A stretch of 64,000 nt of DNA. It comes from a virus (Duplodnaviria; Caudoviricetes). How positions within the stretch are numbered: position 1 is the first letter of the stretch; every line of letters starts with the position of its first letter. Positions 46,643-56,255 of the stretch are shown here, piece by piece. A program made the translations under genes and the position numbers. The stretch is from positions 1 through 64,000 of IMG/VR virus record IMGVR_UViG_3300037067_004728, one strand, 5' to 3'. The notes under the pieces were generated by a model. It worked only from the letters and a program-made list of their open reading frames with translations, did no database searches and was not told the origin of the DNA.

Positions 46643-47205
46643 ACAGATTGTTTTATAATCGTGTTTATTTAGCTGGACCAATTGACTTAGCGCCTGATTT
46701 TGGAGTTGGGTGGCGTATAAGAATTCAAGAGGACTTGAAAGATTTGAATTTAATTTTTCTTGATCCTTGTCATAAACCAATGTTTCCTGGATATGAGTGT
46801 CCAGATTTGGAAGATCATGTAGCTCGACAGCGTTTGAAAGAACGGGGTGACTGGGAAACTTTATCGAAACAAATGCGTGAGATACGTTGCATCGACCTTC
46901 GATTATGTGATATTTGTGATTTTTCCATCGTGCATCTTGATATGAATGCCTACTCAACTGGTACAATGGAAGAATGGACAACTCTCAACCGACGTAAGGC
47001 ACCAATTCTTTTGCACATGGAACAAGGTTTACGAGCCGTTCCCGATTGGTTACGCGGCGTCCTTCCACCAGAAATGATGTTTGAACGCTGGTGTGATTTA
47101 ACGGCGTATGTCAGACATATTGCTTATGATAGAGAAATTGATACATTAGGTCGATGGCGATTTTTTGATTGGTCACGACTCTATAAGATTCCTCAAGCAC
47201 AATGA
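46639..47205 (+). CDS. Nucleoside 2-deoxyribosyltransferase / dNMP N-glycosidase-like protein
   Basis: VYLAGPI...WR, DP, D...D, STGT.EE. Confidence 0.75.
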   Translation: MNRLFYNRVYLAGPIDLAPDFGVGWRIRIQEDLKDLNLIFLDPCHKPMFPGYECPDLEDHVARQRLKERGDWETLSKQMREIRCIDLRLCDICDFSIVHLDMNAYSTGTMEEWTTLNRRKAPILLHMEQGLRAVPDWLRGVLPPEMMFERWCDLTAYVRHIAYDREIDTLGRWRFFDWSRLYKIPQAQ

Positions 47206-47536
47206 ATGAACCACATTATATTTGCGGCTCCTCCCTTAGCGGTCTTATCGTTAATAAAATACTGGGCGATAATCAAGTTAGTTTAACTTGTCATCGAAGT
47301 ATAGCAGTTTCTACCCAACGTGGGGATTTAACGTCGCCTATTACTACTTCTGAGTGGTGGTTGTATTGGCAGCATGGCACCCTTCTTATTGGGGATATGC
47401 CAGAGTATGAAGCTCGTGAAGCCGCTGCGTTATTTGTATACCTCTATGGGCAGGGTATTCCTTATCCAATAGCCAGTGTAATCGCTATAGATGCGATAAA
47501 CTGGCGTCTAAAATGCAAAAATCGTTGAGTATCTGC

Positions 47537-47564
47537 TTGACAACGATAAAATTCATGCTAAAGT
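47537..47564 (+). promoter_or_regulatory. Sigma70-type promoter TTGACA-N16-TAAAGT (extended TG)
   Basis: ATG lies 6 nt after the -10 box. Confidence 0.8.
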
Positions 47565-47570
47565 TGTAGT

Positions 47571-48107
47571 ATGAAGATACTCAAACGTCGTTTATCCAGT
47601 GGTTTCGTCAAGTATCCGAAAGATTTTGATAGGCGTATTATTGATGGAACCGCCCGGTTTCGTACAAAATGCGATATGCTTGTCGGACCTTGTGCTTGTG
47701 GAGGCGTTCATCAAGAACATGACGATTGGGTCCAACAGCTATTAGGGGATAATGACGCTGTTATTGAGCCATTGATGCTGGCCCCAGAAGAATCTGGAAT
47801 CATACTCATCCCACGGTATTGGTTGAGGCCACGCGGCCACGAGCGTTGTACGGTATTGTCAGGACGATGTGCTTGTGGACGTAATCATACTGCCAACGAG
47901 CGCTGGGTTGTTGACTTGCTTGCGAGTCATGGGGCTAAACTTATTGGATGTAAAGAAGTAGATTTGCCGCCTGTAGGTGACGTGGCTAATGAAATAAACG
48001 AGTACGATGATGCTGGTGGAGCGACTATTGGATGCCCGTGCGAAAATTGTCAGCATCGTAGACAAAATGCTCGATTCGGGCGACGATTAAATCGGAGTCA
48101 GATTTAA
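47571..48107 (+). CDS. Protein with a duplicated C-x6-CACG-x2-H metal-binding repeat
   Basis: CDMLVGPCACGGVH...W and CTVLSGRCACGRNH...W; C-terminal CPCENC. Confidence 0.7.
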   Translation: MKILKRRLSSGFVKYPKDFDRRIIDGTARFRTKCDMLVGPCACGGVHQEHDDWVQQLLGDNDAVIEPLMLAPEESGIILIPRYWLRPRGHERCTVLSGRCACGRNHTANERWVVDLLASHGAKLIGCKEVDLPPVGDVANEINEYDDAGGATIGCPCENCQHRRQNARFGRRLNRSQI

Positions 48108-48409
48108 TGCGATTGCAAGAATTTATGGTTGAATATCCGCAAGATGTAAAGCGGATGAAAACACAAATTATTAGTATGACAAAAATTTTCAGCGTTCTTG
48201 AAATGAAGGACGGTGAGGTTTTTGTAGAAACTGAGGATACGGATGAAGAAGGGGTTACTACTATTGAAGTATTACGTAGTAGGGATAGAACCCACTTCAC
48301 GATAGTATGGCGTGAGCGTAAGGGGGTTGAGCATAATGAAATGCGATCATACCCCCGTGATAATCAATTCCCTCTTTTTAGTGTTGTAAGACTTAATGCC
48401 AGTATTTAG
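48107..48409 (+). CDS. Hypothetical protein
   Basis: TAATG-coupled 100-aa ORF. Confidence 0.55.
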   Translation: MRLQEFMVEYPQDVKRMKTQIISMTKIFSVLEMKDGEVFVETEDTDEEGVTTIEVLRSRDRTHFTIVWRERKGVEHNEMRSYPRDNQFPLFSVVRLNASI

Positions 48410-49700
48410 TAGAACATATCGTCGCCCGGCAAACCATGATCCACGACCAGTTTTTATGCGCCCGGATGCAGAAATCCGTCGTGAAGATGTGGTCTTTGAA
48501 ACCGTAGATCGACATTTTGATATTAGTTGGGATCAGCCAACCGATGAAGTAGCCCTTATTTTTGATCGTGACCACCCGGAAAACAGACCAATTATGTGCC
48601 GGGCTAGTGCAGGAGATTTTGCGGCGATTGAGCGAGAAATTTATCGGCTGATGGATGAAGAACGTGCCAATGAGGACCGCCAACGCCATCATTCTTGGTT
48701 CCACGGCGTTGATGTGGGCCGTGATCCCCAGTTGATCGAACATACATTTTATGGCCCAGACTCTCATGCCGATCAATTTCATAGAGAGTACATGGCAGAA
48801 CCGCTTGAAGAAGTCCCTGCGGTTACTCCTGGTTTGATTGAAGAACAGGAACGTCGAGCTAGGGACGATTACCGACGATTCATGGACAATTATATTGCCA
48901 ATCGCCTTAATATACCATCGCCAACACAACCTGCCCCTAATGCTCAAAATCTAACGCCTGGGGCCGAAGTATTTTCGCATTGGGTGTCGGACGAATCCTC
49001 TAGTGTTAGCGGGTCGTTGGTACAGCAATTAGCTCGAATGGACCGTGATAGAGAGACTCAGAGGCAGCGAACACGTCGGAACCGTAATTATTTGACATGG
49101 ATGCCATATAGTAGCTATCGTAAGTGTGCAGCTTGTTTTGAAGATTCTGATCTAAAGCACATGCGAGTTAATATACTGCGAACATTACGATACCTTGAAC
49201 GTAATTCTCGGCCAACACGGCACAAGGCGGTTGAACTGTGGCGCGGTTTTGAACAGTCACTAATTAGATATGGGATTGCAATTGCCTTAGAATGTCGTCA
49301 AAGAGGTTTTAGTGACACGTCATTAGTTACCTTACGATCAAAGTACCGGCACGGCTATAGTCAAAAGCCGGATTGGGTTTATTGGACCGACTTACAAGAA
49401 TCACATCGGGCCTATTTACTGTTACGTAATGAACGCCGATTTGCTGTTAAATTGTTAGGTCACTATGCTCGTCGAACAGTAACAGAATGGTGTAGTCATC
49501 GAGATTTCTGTCACAATATTGGAATCCGTGCCAAGCGTGAGTGGACGGTAGATGATATAAACACTATTCGTCATGTTATGGGGGATGTTAGTGGCGGAAA
49601 TATAAATCTTGTAAATGATAATTTTTATCGTCAGTATGGATGGACTCAAGAACCAACTGAGTCTTTCCGCTATCCACAGGATAATTTATGCTCAGCATAG
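48396..49700 (+). CDS. Acidic N-terminal region fused to a pyrimidine-dimer-glycosylase-like (MSMEG_6728-type) domain
   Basis: TWMPY...H.AV.LWRGFE..L..YG.A...E...RGF.DT...KPDW...SHR..LL. Confidence 0.65.
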   Translation: MPVFSRTYRRPANHDPRPVFMRPDAEIRREDVVFETVDRHFDISWDQPTDEVALIFDRDHPENRPIMCRASAGDFAAIEREIYRLMDEERANEDRQRHHSWFHGVDVGRDPQLIEHTFYGPDSHADQFHREYMAEPLEEVPAVTPGLIEEQERRARDDYRRFMDNYIANRLNIPSPTQPAPNAQNLTPGAEVFSHWVSDESSSVSGSLVQQLARMDRDRETQRQRTRRNRNYLTWMPYSSYRKCAACFEDSDLKHMRVNILRTLRYLERNSRPTRHKAVELWRGFEQSLIRYGIAIALECRQRGFSDTSLVTLRSKYRHGYSQKPDWVYWTDLQESHRAYLLLRNERRFAVKLLGHYARRTVTEWCSHRDFCHNIGIRAKREWTVDDINTIRHVMGDVSGGNINLVNDNFYRQYGWTQEPTESFRYPQDNLCSA

Positions 49701-50080
49701 GAATGTTAGTCGAGTTTATTAAAGACCTTCGCGGGATAGTCCCTGAACCTGCGAGAAGTGAAATTGCTCATCGGCTGGGGGATTTAATTTCAAATGTTTT
49801 AAGAAACGCCGATAATGATAATTACCGTCGGTGGGTGTCCGAAGATAGACTGCGATTTCTGCGGCATTGTGAGCTAGTCAATCTTGATCGTTGGGTGCCG
49901 GATGATTTATATATTGAACCTACGGTATTGGCTGAATTTTGCAATCGGTGGATGAGTTGCAATCTCTTCAAAATTCGTAATGACCCCTCAGCAGAGTGGA
50001 AGCCAATTACTCCCGAAATGAATGGATTACGTGTAACAATGATCGAGGAACTACGTTCACTTGACAAGGCGGGAAAATAG
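49688..50080 (+). CDS. Hypothetical protein
   Basis: 130-aa ORF; AGGA upstream. Confidence 0.55.
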   Translation: MLSIGMLVEFIKDLRGIVPEPARSEIAHRLGDLISNVLRNADNDNYRRWVSEDRLRFLRHCELVNLDRWVPDDLYIEPTVLAEFCNRWMSCNLFKIRNDPSAEWKPITPEMNGLRVTMIEELRSLDKAGK

Positions 50081-50088
50081 TGTATAGT
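50061..50088 (+). promoter_or_regulatory. Sigma70-type promoter TTGACA-N16-TATAGT
   Basis: Lies 8 nt before ATG 50097. Confidence 0.8.
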
Positions 50089-50096
50089 TATGGTAT

Positions 50097-50450
50097 ATGA
50101 CTTTACCCGATTTAGTAACGCAGAAGTTAAGCGGGCTGTCCGCCCCAGCCGCTTACGATCTCTTAGCAGCCCTGGGACATGCCAATGTGTTCATTTATTT
50201 ACAGGGGCAGCTAGTGGTGGTGAAGGATTGGGTCAAGGACGACGAAGTGGCATGGTTGCCAGCGAACAACACACCAGAGACCACCTTCTGGGGAGGTCCA
50301 CCAACCAAATTGGGGTACTACCAAGGGAACCTTTACATATTGTTACTGGACAGGATTTACGATTACTTATTAACACACACTTTGGGCGAACTCTATCAGA
50401 CGATGGGGATAACGCCGAAGCAAAGGACATTTCAATGGTTGTCCGCGTAA
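50097..50450 (+). CDS. FxGGPP-family paralog 1
   Basis: KLSGLSAPAAYDLL...FWGGPPTKLGYYQGNLYILLLDRI. Confidence 0.8.
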   Translation: MTLPDLVTQKLSGLSAPAAYDLLAALGHANVFIYLQGQLVVVKDWVKDDEVAWLPANNTPETTFWGGPPTKLGYYQGNLYILLLDRIYDYLLTHTLGELYQTMGITPKQRTFQWLSA

Positions 50451-50791
50451 CAAATAAAAATCCGACACTATACACCGCCCTACGTGAGAAGCTAAGCAAA
50501 TTATCGGCAGCCCGCGCGGTTAATTACCTAAATTATAGTTTTGATGCGGGCTTTGAAGAAATAGAAATCAACGGAGTTAAATCAACGCCAGTAGCATTGA
50601 TGAGTGATTTGCCCGGATTGCAAACTGTATTGGCCTGTGAAGTTGCCCCTCTTTCATTTTGGGGTGGTCCCCCTGGGAAGCGAACTTGGTATGATGGCAG
50701 CCTTTTAACACTTCTAGCCGATCATATCATGCGAGCCGCCGATGCAGGCAATTTAGCATTGCTAGGGCGGTTTCTGAATCTAACAATATGA
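50435..50791 (+). CDS. FxGGPP-family paralog 2
   Basis: ATG 50435 after AAGGA; KLSKLSAARAVNYL...FWGGPPGKRTWYDGSLLTLLADHI. Confidence 0.8.
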   Translation: MVVRVTNKNPTLYTALREKLSKLSAARAVNYLNYSFDAGFEEIEINGVKSTPVALMSDLPGLQTVLACEVAPLSFWGGPPGKRTWYDGSLLTLLADHIMRAADAGNLALLGRFLNLTI

Positions 50792-51147
50792 AAAAGAATC
50801 ATTTGAAACAGGCCGAAGCATTAGTCGGCCATTTTAAGCCGATTGACTTGGACTGTGCTTATACATTGGCGTATGCCCTGGGGCATCAAGATACAGATGT
50901 ACTCTTAATGACACCCAATGTGCGAACAACAGTGCGCCAGATTTATGCAGGAACGGCCCCTGGCTGTCCTGCGGATCGGATTCATATTCAATTTTATGGT
51001 GGTCCTGTGGGTCATGGGGCTTGGTATACTGGTACTATCTACAGTTTTATTTTAGATATTGTTGCCGCAAAGATTCAAATGGAAGGCTTTGAAAGGGTAC
51101 GACAATTATTGAGACTAAGACGCCAATCTGGATGTCCGCCATTCTAG
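50788..51147 (+). CDS. FxGGPP-family paralog 3
   Basis: FYGGPVGHGAWYTGTIYSFILDIV. Confidence 0.8.
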   Translation: MKKNHLKQAEALVGHFKPIDLDCAYTLAYALGHQDTDVLLMTPNVRTTVRQIYAGTAPGCPADRIHIQFYGGPVGHGAWYTGTIYSFILDIVAAKIQMEGFERVRQLLRLRRQSGCPPF

Positions 51148-51494
51148 CAACTTTGTATTCATCGTTAGGTAATTTAACGGTGATTCAATTTGTACAGAAT
51201 ATGCGTGAATTGAATTCTATGGATGATACATTGACTATTCCTGCTTTCAAAGGTAATGGTCGCTGTTCAGTTTGGGAATTAGGTACTGTTTCATTTGGAT
51301 TGGCAAAAGCCCGAACTATTCCATGTCGTTTTTATGGTGGACCGCCACATAATAGAGCAATGTATACTGGAACACTATTAACTATGTTTATTGATAGATT
51401 GCTTACAACTGCTTTAGAACGTAATTTCAATGTAATCGACAAATTCGTCCCCGCTGAAATCCCTGATGGCCCAGCAATGGGTTGGATTGGTTGA
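51132..51494 (+). CDS. FxGGPP-family paralog 4
   Basis: FYGGPPHNRAMYTGTLLTMFIDRL. Confidence 0.8.
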   Translation: MSAILATLYSSLGNLTVIQFVQNMRELNSMDDTLTIPAFKGNGRCSVWELGTVSFGLAKARTIPCRFYGGPPHNRAMYTGTLLTMFIDRLLTTALERNFNVIDKFVPAEIPDGPAMGWIG

Positions 51495-51518
51495 CAATCT
51501 TCTTTTGTGTGCTATTAT
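51491..51518 (+). promoter_or_regulatory. Sigma70-type promoter TTGACA-N16-TATTAT (extended TG)
   Basis: ATG 51525 lies 6 nt after the -10 box. Confidence 0.8.
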
Positions 51519-51524
51519 TAAGGT

Positions 51525-51872
51525 ATGGCGATTGACAGCAATCTTTTAAATGAACTTTCGGAAATAAGTGCAGAAGATGCCATCGAATTACTTTGCACTG
51601 AATTTGGTTTGGGTCGCTCTTGGATAACCTTTGTCAATACTCATAATAGAGCGGAAGTCAAATCATTTTTAGGCGCGATTTATTTACGTGGTATAGCGGC
51701 GGCGGATGTTGGACCAATTGAATTTTGGGGTGGGCCTCCGACTCGAAAAGGGTATCAAAAAGGTACGCTATTAACTTATCTTTGTGACGCGATTCTTTTA
51801 CACTGGGCAATCGAAGGTAATTACGCGGATATGGTTCAAGGAACACATGAAGATCAACTTTACGTTACTTAA
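51525..51872 (+). CDS. FxGGPP-family paralog 5
   Basis: ELSEISAEDAIELLC...FWGGPPTRKGYQKGTLLTYLCDAI. Confidence 0.8.
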   Translation: MAIDSNLLNELSEISAEDAIELLCTEFGLGRSWITFVNTHNRAEVKSFLGAIYLRGIAAADVGPIEFWGGPPTRKGYQKGTLLTYLCDAILLHWAIEGNYADMVQGTHEDQLYVT

Positions 51873-52176
51873 AAACCGTTTTGGTGACATATCCGCATTA
51901 GATGCTCTTGAACTGCTTTGTTGGACCTTTGGAGCAGATAAGGCATATATAACCGTTGATGGTATGCGTATGCCATTAGTCGATTTATATGATGATACTG
52001 GAATGTTTACTTGGAAAGCATCGGATGTTGACCTTCAATTTTATGGAGGACCGCCACCTGCAAAATGGTGGGATGGTACACTTTTAACTATGCTTCTGGA
52101 TCATTTTCTCTATGCTTATTCTAAAAATGATTTGGTCAAGGTACATAAAGCCTTGAAAGTACATGCGACCGTTTGA
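51847..52176 (+). CDS. FxGGPP-family paralog 6
   Basis: ATG 51847 after AAGGA; RFGDISALDALELLC...FYGGPPPAKWWDGTLLTMLLDHF. Confidence 0.8.
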   Translation: MKINFTLLKNRFGDISALDALELLCWTFGADKAYITVDGMRMPLVDLYDDTGMFTWKASDVDLQFYGGPPPAKWWDGTLLTMLLDHFLYAYSKNDLVKVHKALKVHATV

Positions 52177-52504
52177 AGATTATCAACGTGAATTTGCAGA
52201 TTTGTCAGCCGGTGACGCCATTACAATTCTGTCAGAAATGGGTGTGGAAAAAGATCGGATTATTATACAAAGCCCGTCGGGCAACGTAATGACAACGCCA
52301 ATGAAATTATGTTTCAAACTGCCTTATAATTACCCTGCCAGAGAGGTAGGACCAATTCAATTTTGTGGCGGTCCACCTGGACAATATAACTGGATCGAAG
52401 GCTCATTAACTACAATGGTTATGGATCATGTTATGCACCATGATGCAACCGAAGAACAAAAATCTCGTCTTTATGGCACAAAAATTGCAGGGTTAGGCTG
52501 CTAA
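52163..52504 (+). CDS. FxGGPP-family paralog 7
   Basis: EFADLSAGDAITIL...FCGGPPGQYNWIEGSLTTMVMDHV. Confidence 0.8.
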   Translation: MRPFEDYQREFADLSAGDAITILSEMGVEKDRIIIQSPSGNVMTTPMKLCFKLPYNYPAREVGPIQFCGGPPGQYNWIEGSLTTMVMDHVMHHDATEEQKSRLYGTKIAGLGC

Positions 52505-52668
52505 ATGGGACACACATTTCGTCGAAACAGTGATTACGGGTATAAGCACGATTACCGTGAACGCAATGAGCGTAAGTTGAAGAAATACAACAAACGGTTG
52601 CGAAAAGTCACCAATCAAAAACGTATTACCTTCACTCCACCCCCACAAGAGGGACAGGAGTTAGTGTA

Positions 52669-53379
52669 ATGTGTCGTTATATATCAGTCAATAGTGGAAT
52701 TGGAAGTTTTGATTTAGCTTTACAGAGACTTCATAGTTGGACACCAGCTTGTTATGTGGAAAAGAATACCAGAAACATTGAGACACTCATCCAGAGATTC
52801 CGCGATGATACGATCCAAGATGCTCCAATCTGGGATGATTTCGCCACATTCGACGGGCGACCTTGGCGTGGATGCGTGGATTGCATTGCTGGCGTCGAAT
52901 TGGCCGAAATTGACAGCGAATCCCGCGAGTGTTCTACAGCATCTTCAAATAAACTCATTAGTCTTACAAAAGAAGTGGAACCGAGCCACATCCTCTGGCA
53001 ATTCTCATCTGCGACTAAAGCGGAGGCAGTCGCAAGTGCGGATTATCTCGCCAACGGGCTTGAAATTCTTGGCTACCGCACGGCAATTCTCAAAGTGCGG
53101 TCGAGTGATTTGGGCGCTGACCATAGACGGACTAGATTGTTTGTCTGCGCAGAAATGGCGAACACCCAACCAGCAAATGGCGGGGAACGAATCGAGGAAA
53201 TCGACGAACGCCTGTCAACACCTTGCCGAGCAACTAGGTGGACTTCCGCACCCCGAATTTGTCGAAGAACTGATGGGATTACCGATAGGATGGAGCGCCT
53301 TGACGCACTTGGACGAAGCACGATACCGGCAATGGTCTCAGCGGTTTCGACGATTCTCGATGCAGGAATTGTGTTTTAA
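52669..53379 (+). CDS. C5-cytosine DNA methyltransferase-like protein lacking catalytic motifs
   Basis: SGIG, IWDD..TFDG.PWRG.VD, GA.H.R.RLF and RLDALG retained; PC (motif IV) and ENV (motif VI) absent. Confidence 0.7.
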   Translation: MCRYISVNSGIGSFDLALQRLHSWTPACYVEKNTRNIETLIQRFRDDTIQDAPIWDDFATFDGRPWRGCVDCIAGVELAEIDSESRECSTASSNKLISLTKEVEPSHILWQFSSATKAEAVASADYLANGLEILGYRTAILKVRSSDLGADHRRTRLFVCAEMANTQPANGGERIEEIDERLSTPCRATRWTSAPRICRRTDGITDRMERLDALGRSTIPAMVSAVSTILDAGIVF

Positions 53380-53412
53380 TGGACCAAACTGGGCAATAAA
53401 TAGGCGGCACTA

Positions 53413-53736
53413 ATGCGATGCGATCAATTTGCGGGATTACCTGATGATGCGGTAAAGTTTCTCAATGAGAATACGAAACCACCAATTATCTGCCCAACAT
53501 GCAATTGTGTTCGACCAGTTCAAATAGATGTAGTTGGGCACTATGCGGGTATGTTTGGCGATAATTATGATTTGCACCGTCATAAGTTAAATGATGGTGG
53601 GTATGCGGACGAGTATGTACAGGCAGCACCCTGGTCTAGTGGGCCAGTATTTTTTATAGGGCTGCATGTGTATGATAAACATGGTGTTCTTAGGCATAGT
53701 TTTCTGTGGTCTGAGGACGAAATTTGCAATGCTTAG
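53413..53736 (+). CDS. Hypothetical protein
   Basis: CPTC; EYVQAAPWSSGPVFFIGL. Confidence 0.6.
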   Translation: MRCDQFAGLPDDAVKFLNENTKPPIICPTCNCVRPVQIDVVGHYAGMFGDNYDLHRHKLNDGGYADEYVQAAPWSSGPVFFIGLHVYDKHGVLRHSFLWSEDEICNA

Positions 53737-54214
53737 GAGGGTTTTATGATTCGTCGAGTTTTACAGCGTGTGTTGAAGATTGTTGGTCGTGTACTTCGAT
53801 TAACGACGGCGGTATTGACGTTCGCGTATGTAGTGCCGGTCATTTTAATCGGATATGTTTATGGACTGACGACGGCTAGTTTTAGATTGGGGCGCACGTT
53901 GTCTGCGGTGGCGGCAGCAACGGCAATTAACAAGGTATTTGAAAGGATACAGTAATGATTAGTTACACAGTTATTGTTGACACGAGAGAGGGTGATCGGT
54001 TTCGTGGGATTTATCCTACTGTTCCTACACGGGATCAAGTAATTGAGGGTATTCGTAGTAGTGGTACAGATGCAAAATCTGTCACTCGTCTCATTGCTCT
54101 TGTTAAGACGGCAAAGAATTGGCCTGACCGAATTGTTGCTCGTCGTGTCGAAGTTGTCCGCGTTGAGGCAACAATTATTGGAAAGATTGTTTTTGATGTA
54201 CAGCGAGGTCGTTA

Positions 54215-54754
54215 ATGGGTCTTTTATTCAAGGATTATACTTGTCCTAAATGTGGTAAGACATTTAGAGCGTTTAAATTTGGAACGCCAAAGTGTCCTTA
54301 TTGTACCCCGATTGTAATTCCCAATTACGATATTATTGGGACTGTACCAACGGGCGGATTTTCTGATACGGCGTCTGGTTTGATTGAGGCGGGTAAGGTT
54401 TATTCAGGAGCGCATGTTTGTGAATCTGAGATTCATTCTGCTTTAATGGCAATGGCTACACGCCATGCTCAATATCAGGCCGCACATAAGACACAAGGCC
54501 ATCAGCTTTTTGATGCGAGAGTGGCAGAGTTGCGAAAAACAATGACTAATCAGTCATTTGCAGAAATTTGTGCGGAGTCTTGGAAGGAACAGAAGAACGA
54601 CACCAAGCGAGCATTAGGCGATGAAATGTTTAAGTGCTGGCGTCAATCTCCTGGTCACTGGTCCGTTGCCAGTAAAAAGCATAAATATTATGGCGCCGAC
54701 ATGGCAATGGGTTCCAATGGTGTTTGGTATGCCTGTATTATTGTTGCAGATTAA
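54215..54754 (+). CDS. Zn-ribbon plus CAP/SCP domain protein
   Basis: CPKC...CPYC; A..HA.Y.A...GH, EICA, W..SPGH, G.WYA. Confidence 0.8.
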   Translation: MGLLFKDYTCPKCGKTFRAFKFGTPKCPYCTPIVIPNYDIIGTVPTGGFSDTASGLIEAGKVYSGAHVCESEIHSALMAMATRHAQYQAAHKTQGHQLFDARVAELRKTMTNQSFAEICAESWKEQKNDTKRALGDEMFKCWRQSPGHWSVASKKHKYYGADMAMGSNGVWYACIIVAD

Positions 54755-55171
54755 ATGAGATACTGGGTTGATGTTCGAGTAGGTTGTTGTGCTATCAGGG
54801 ATTCCAGAATTTCTGGTGATGAACTGGATGTAATTTTAAATCCCAATCTACCCAGTGTTATTTACTTTTGGGCCGGGAGTACAAAGGTCGTTAAAACGGA
54901 ACACGGTGAATATTTGACTCCCACCCATTGTCAAGTTCCAGAGGAAGAATTACTCTATGCACGGAAACTATGTGAGGAATTAAATGAGCAAGACAAAAAC
55001 CACAGGATGGCAGCGCACGATGCGATGGTTGGATGCTCCCGCACTAAAGCGTTGGTACAAAAAGTTTGTAAGTCGTCGGAATCGTCGCCAAGCAAAGGAA
55101 AAGACTAGACAAGGCGACGATGATTTTAGAGATAAACCACTTGATCCTTGGGCCATTGATTAGGAACTTTT

Positions 55172-55660
55172 ATGTCGATTGCTAGACAAGTTTTACAACG
55201 TCTTTATGAGGCGACTAATGTAGGTTTAGCGGACCATGAGTTAGTTACCTTATGTCCGGCTATTTGTAGTGCCACAGTACGGGGAGCGCGAAAGGATTTA
55301 GAACGCAATGACTTATGTTCCCGTACTGGGCGAACATCCAGAACACCAACAGGATGCTATGGAGCGGTGTATGTGATAACTTCATTAGGTCGTCAGTATA
55401 TTGAGTCTGGCAGAGAATTACCACCCAAACAATTCCCTGATACGGATGATTCAATTTTACGACGTATTGCACAGAAAATCAAACAAGGATATGATTTTCA
55501 GTGTGGTCGGATTGAGGGTGAAAAGAAATATTATGCTGGTTTCTTTGATAATACGGCTAAACGATGCGAAATTTGTGGCGCGCCTAGTTTGGAGCAAGAT
55601 ATTCTTGGTATTAGTGACTCCATTGAAACTGCAATCTTAAAGGCTTTAAACCATGACTGA
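55172..55660 (+). CDS. Winged-helix-like DNA-binding protein
   Basis: GL.D.EL...SATVRGARKDL...TGRT..TPTG...VY.IT..G. Confidence 0.55.
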   Translation: MSIARQVLQRLYEATNVGLADHELVTLCPAICSATVRGARKDLERNDLCSRTGRTSRTPTGCYGAVYVITSLGRQYIESGRELPPKQFPDTDDSILRRIAQKIKQGYDFQCGRIEGEKKYYAGFFDNTAKRCEICGAPSLEQDILGISDSIETAILKALNHD

Positions 55661-56003
55661 TAGTTCTTTATTACGATGGTATGTCTATTTGTGGTTGGTT
55701 GATGTAGACGAACATCCTGAGTATTGTGGTAAGGGATGTGGCGACCGGGATGTAAGCCATCTTAAATTAGATATGAGTTGTCCATTCTGGCATAAACGGC
55801 TACAATATATTCTCGACCATAATATTCCAAATCGCGTGATACGCATTGAAACTTCCTTAACAAATGATGAAGCATTTGCTATTGAAGCAAAAACGATTTC
55901 TAAATATGGTCGCATTATTGATGGTTCAGGAGTATTATATAATATTCACCCTGGCGGTCGCATTAGATGTCATACACGTTATGGAAGTAAAGAATTTTTT
56001 TGA
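55653..56003 (+). CDS. GIY-YIG (LEM-3-like) nuclease domain protein
   Basis: YVY...YCGKG...R; EAF.IE...I..YGR...G.L.N...GG. Confidence 0.7.
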   Translation: MTDSSLLRWYVYLWLVDVDEHPEYCGKGCGDRDVSHLKLDMSCPFWHKRLQYILDHNIPNRVIRIETSLTNDEAFAIEAKTISKYGRIIDGSGVLYNIHPGGRIRCHTRYGSKEFF

Positions 56004-56255
56004 TGAATTAGCTGATTTATCAATTGAATTTGCCAGGGACGAGTTAATTAGGGCTGGGGTTTCGCCGGGGTCAGATGATTGGTTAGTTTTAGACAGCAAA
56101 AAAGAACTCTTATGCAATATTGTTAAACGCTGTTATGCTGACCATGTGCCTGATTCCGATATGCACCCTTATCCGTATACTGATGAGTGGCTGTTAAAGT
56201 TGTGGGTGACACATAGAAAACGACCAGAAAATTATGCGCGAAAAGTAAAAAAAGT

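Noticed and set aside
50090-50791. 233-aa ORF as a single gene
   Set aside because: Its first 115 codons overlap paralog 1 out of frame and start only 1 nt after the -10 box. Family homology and an SD place the start at 50435.
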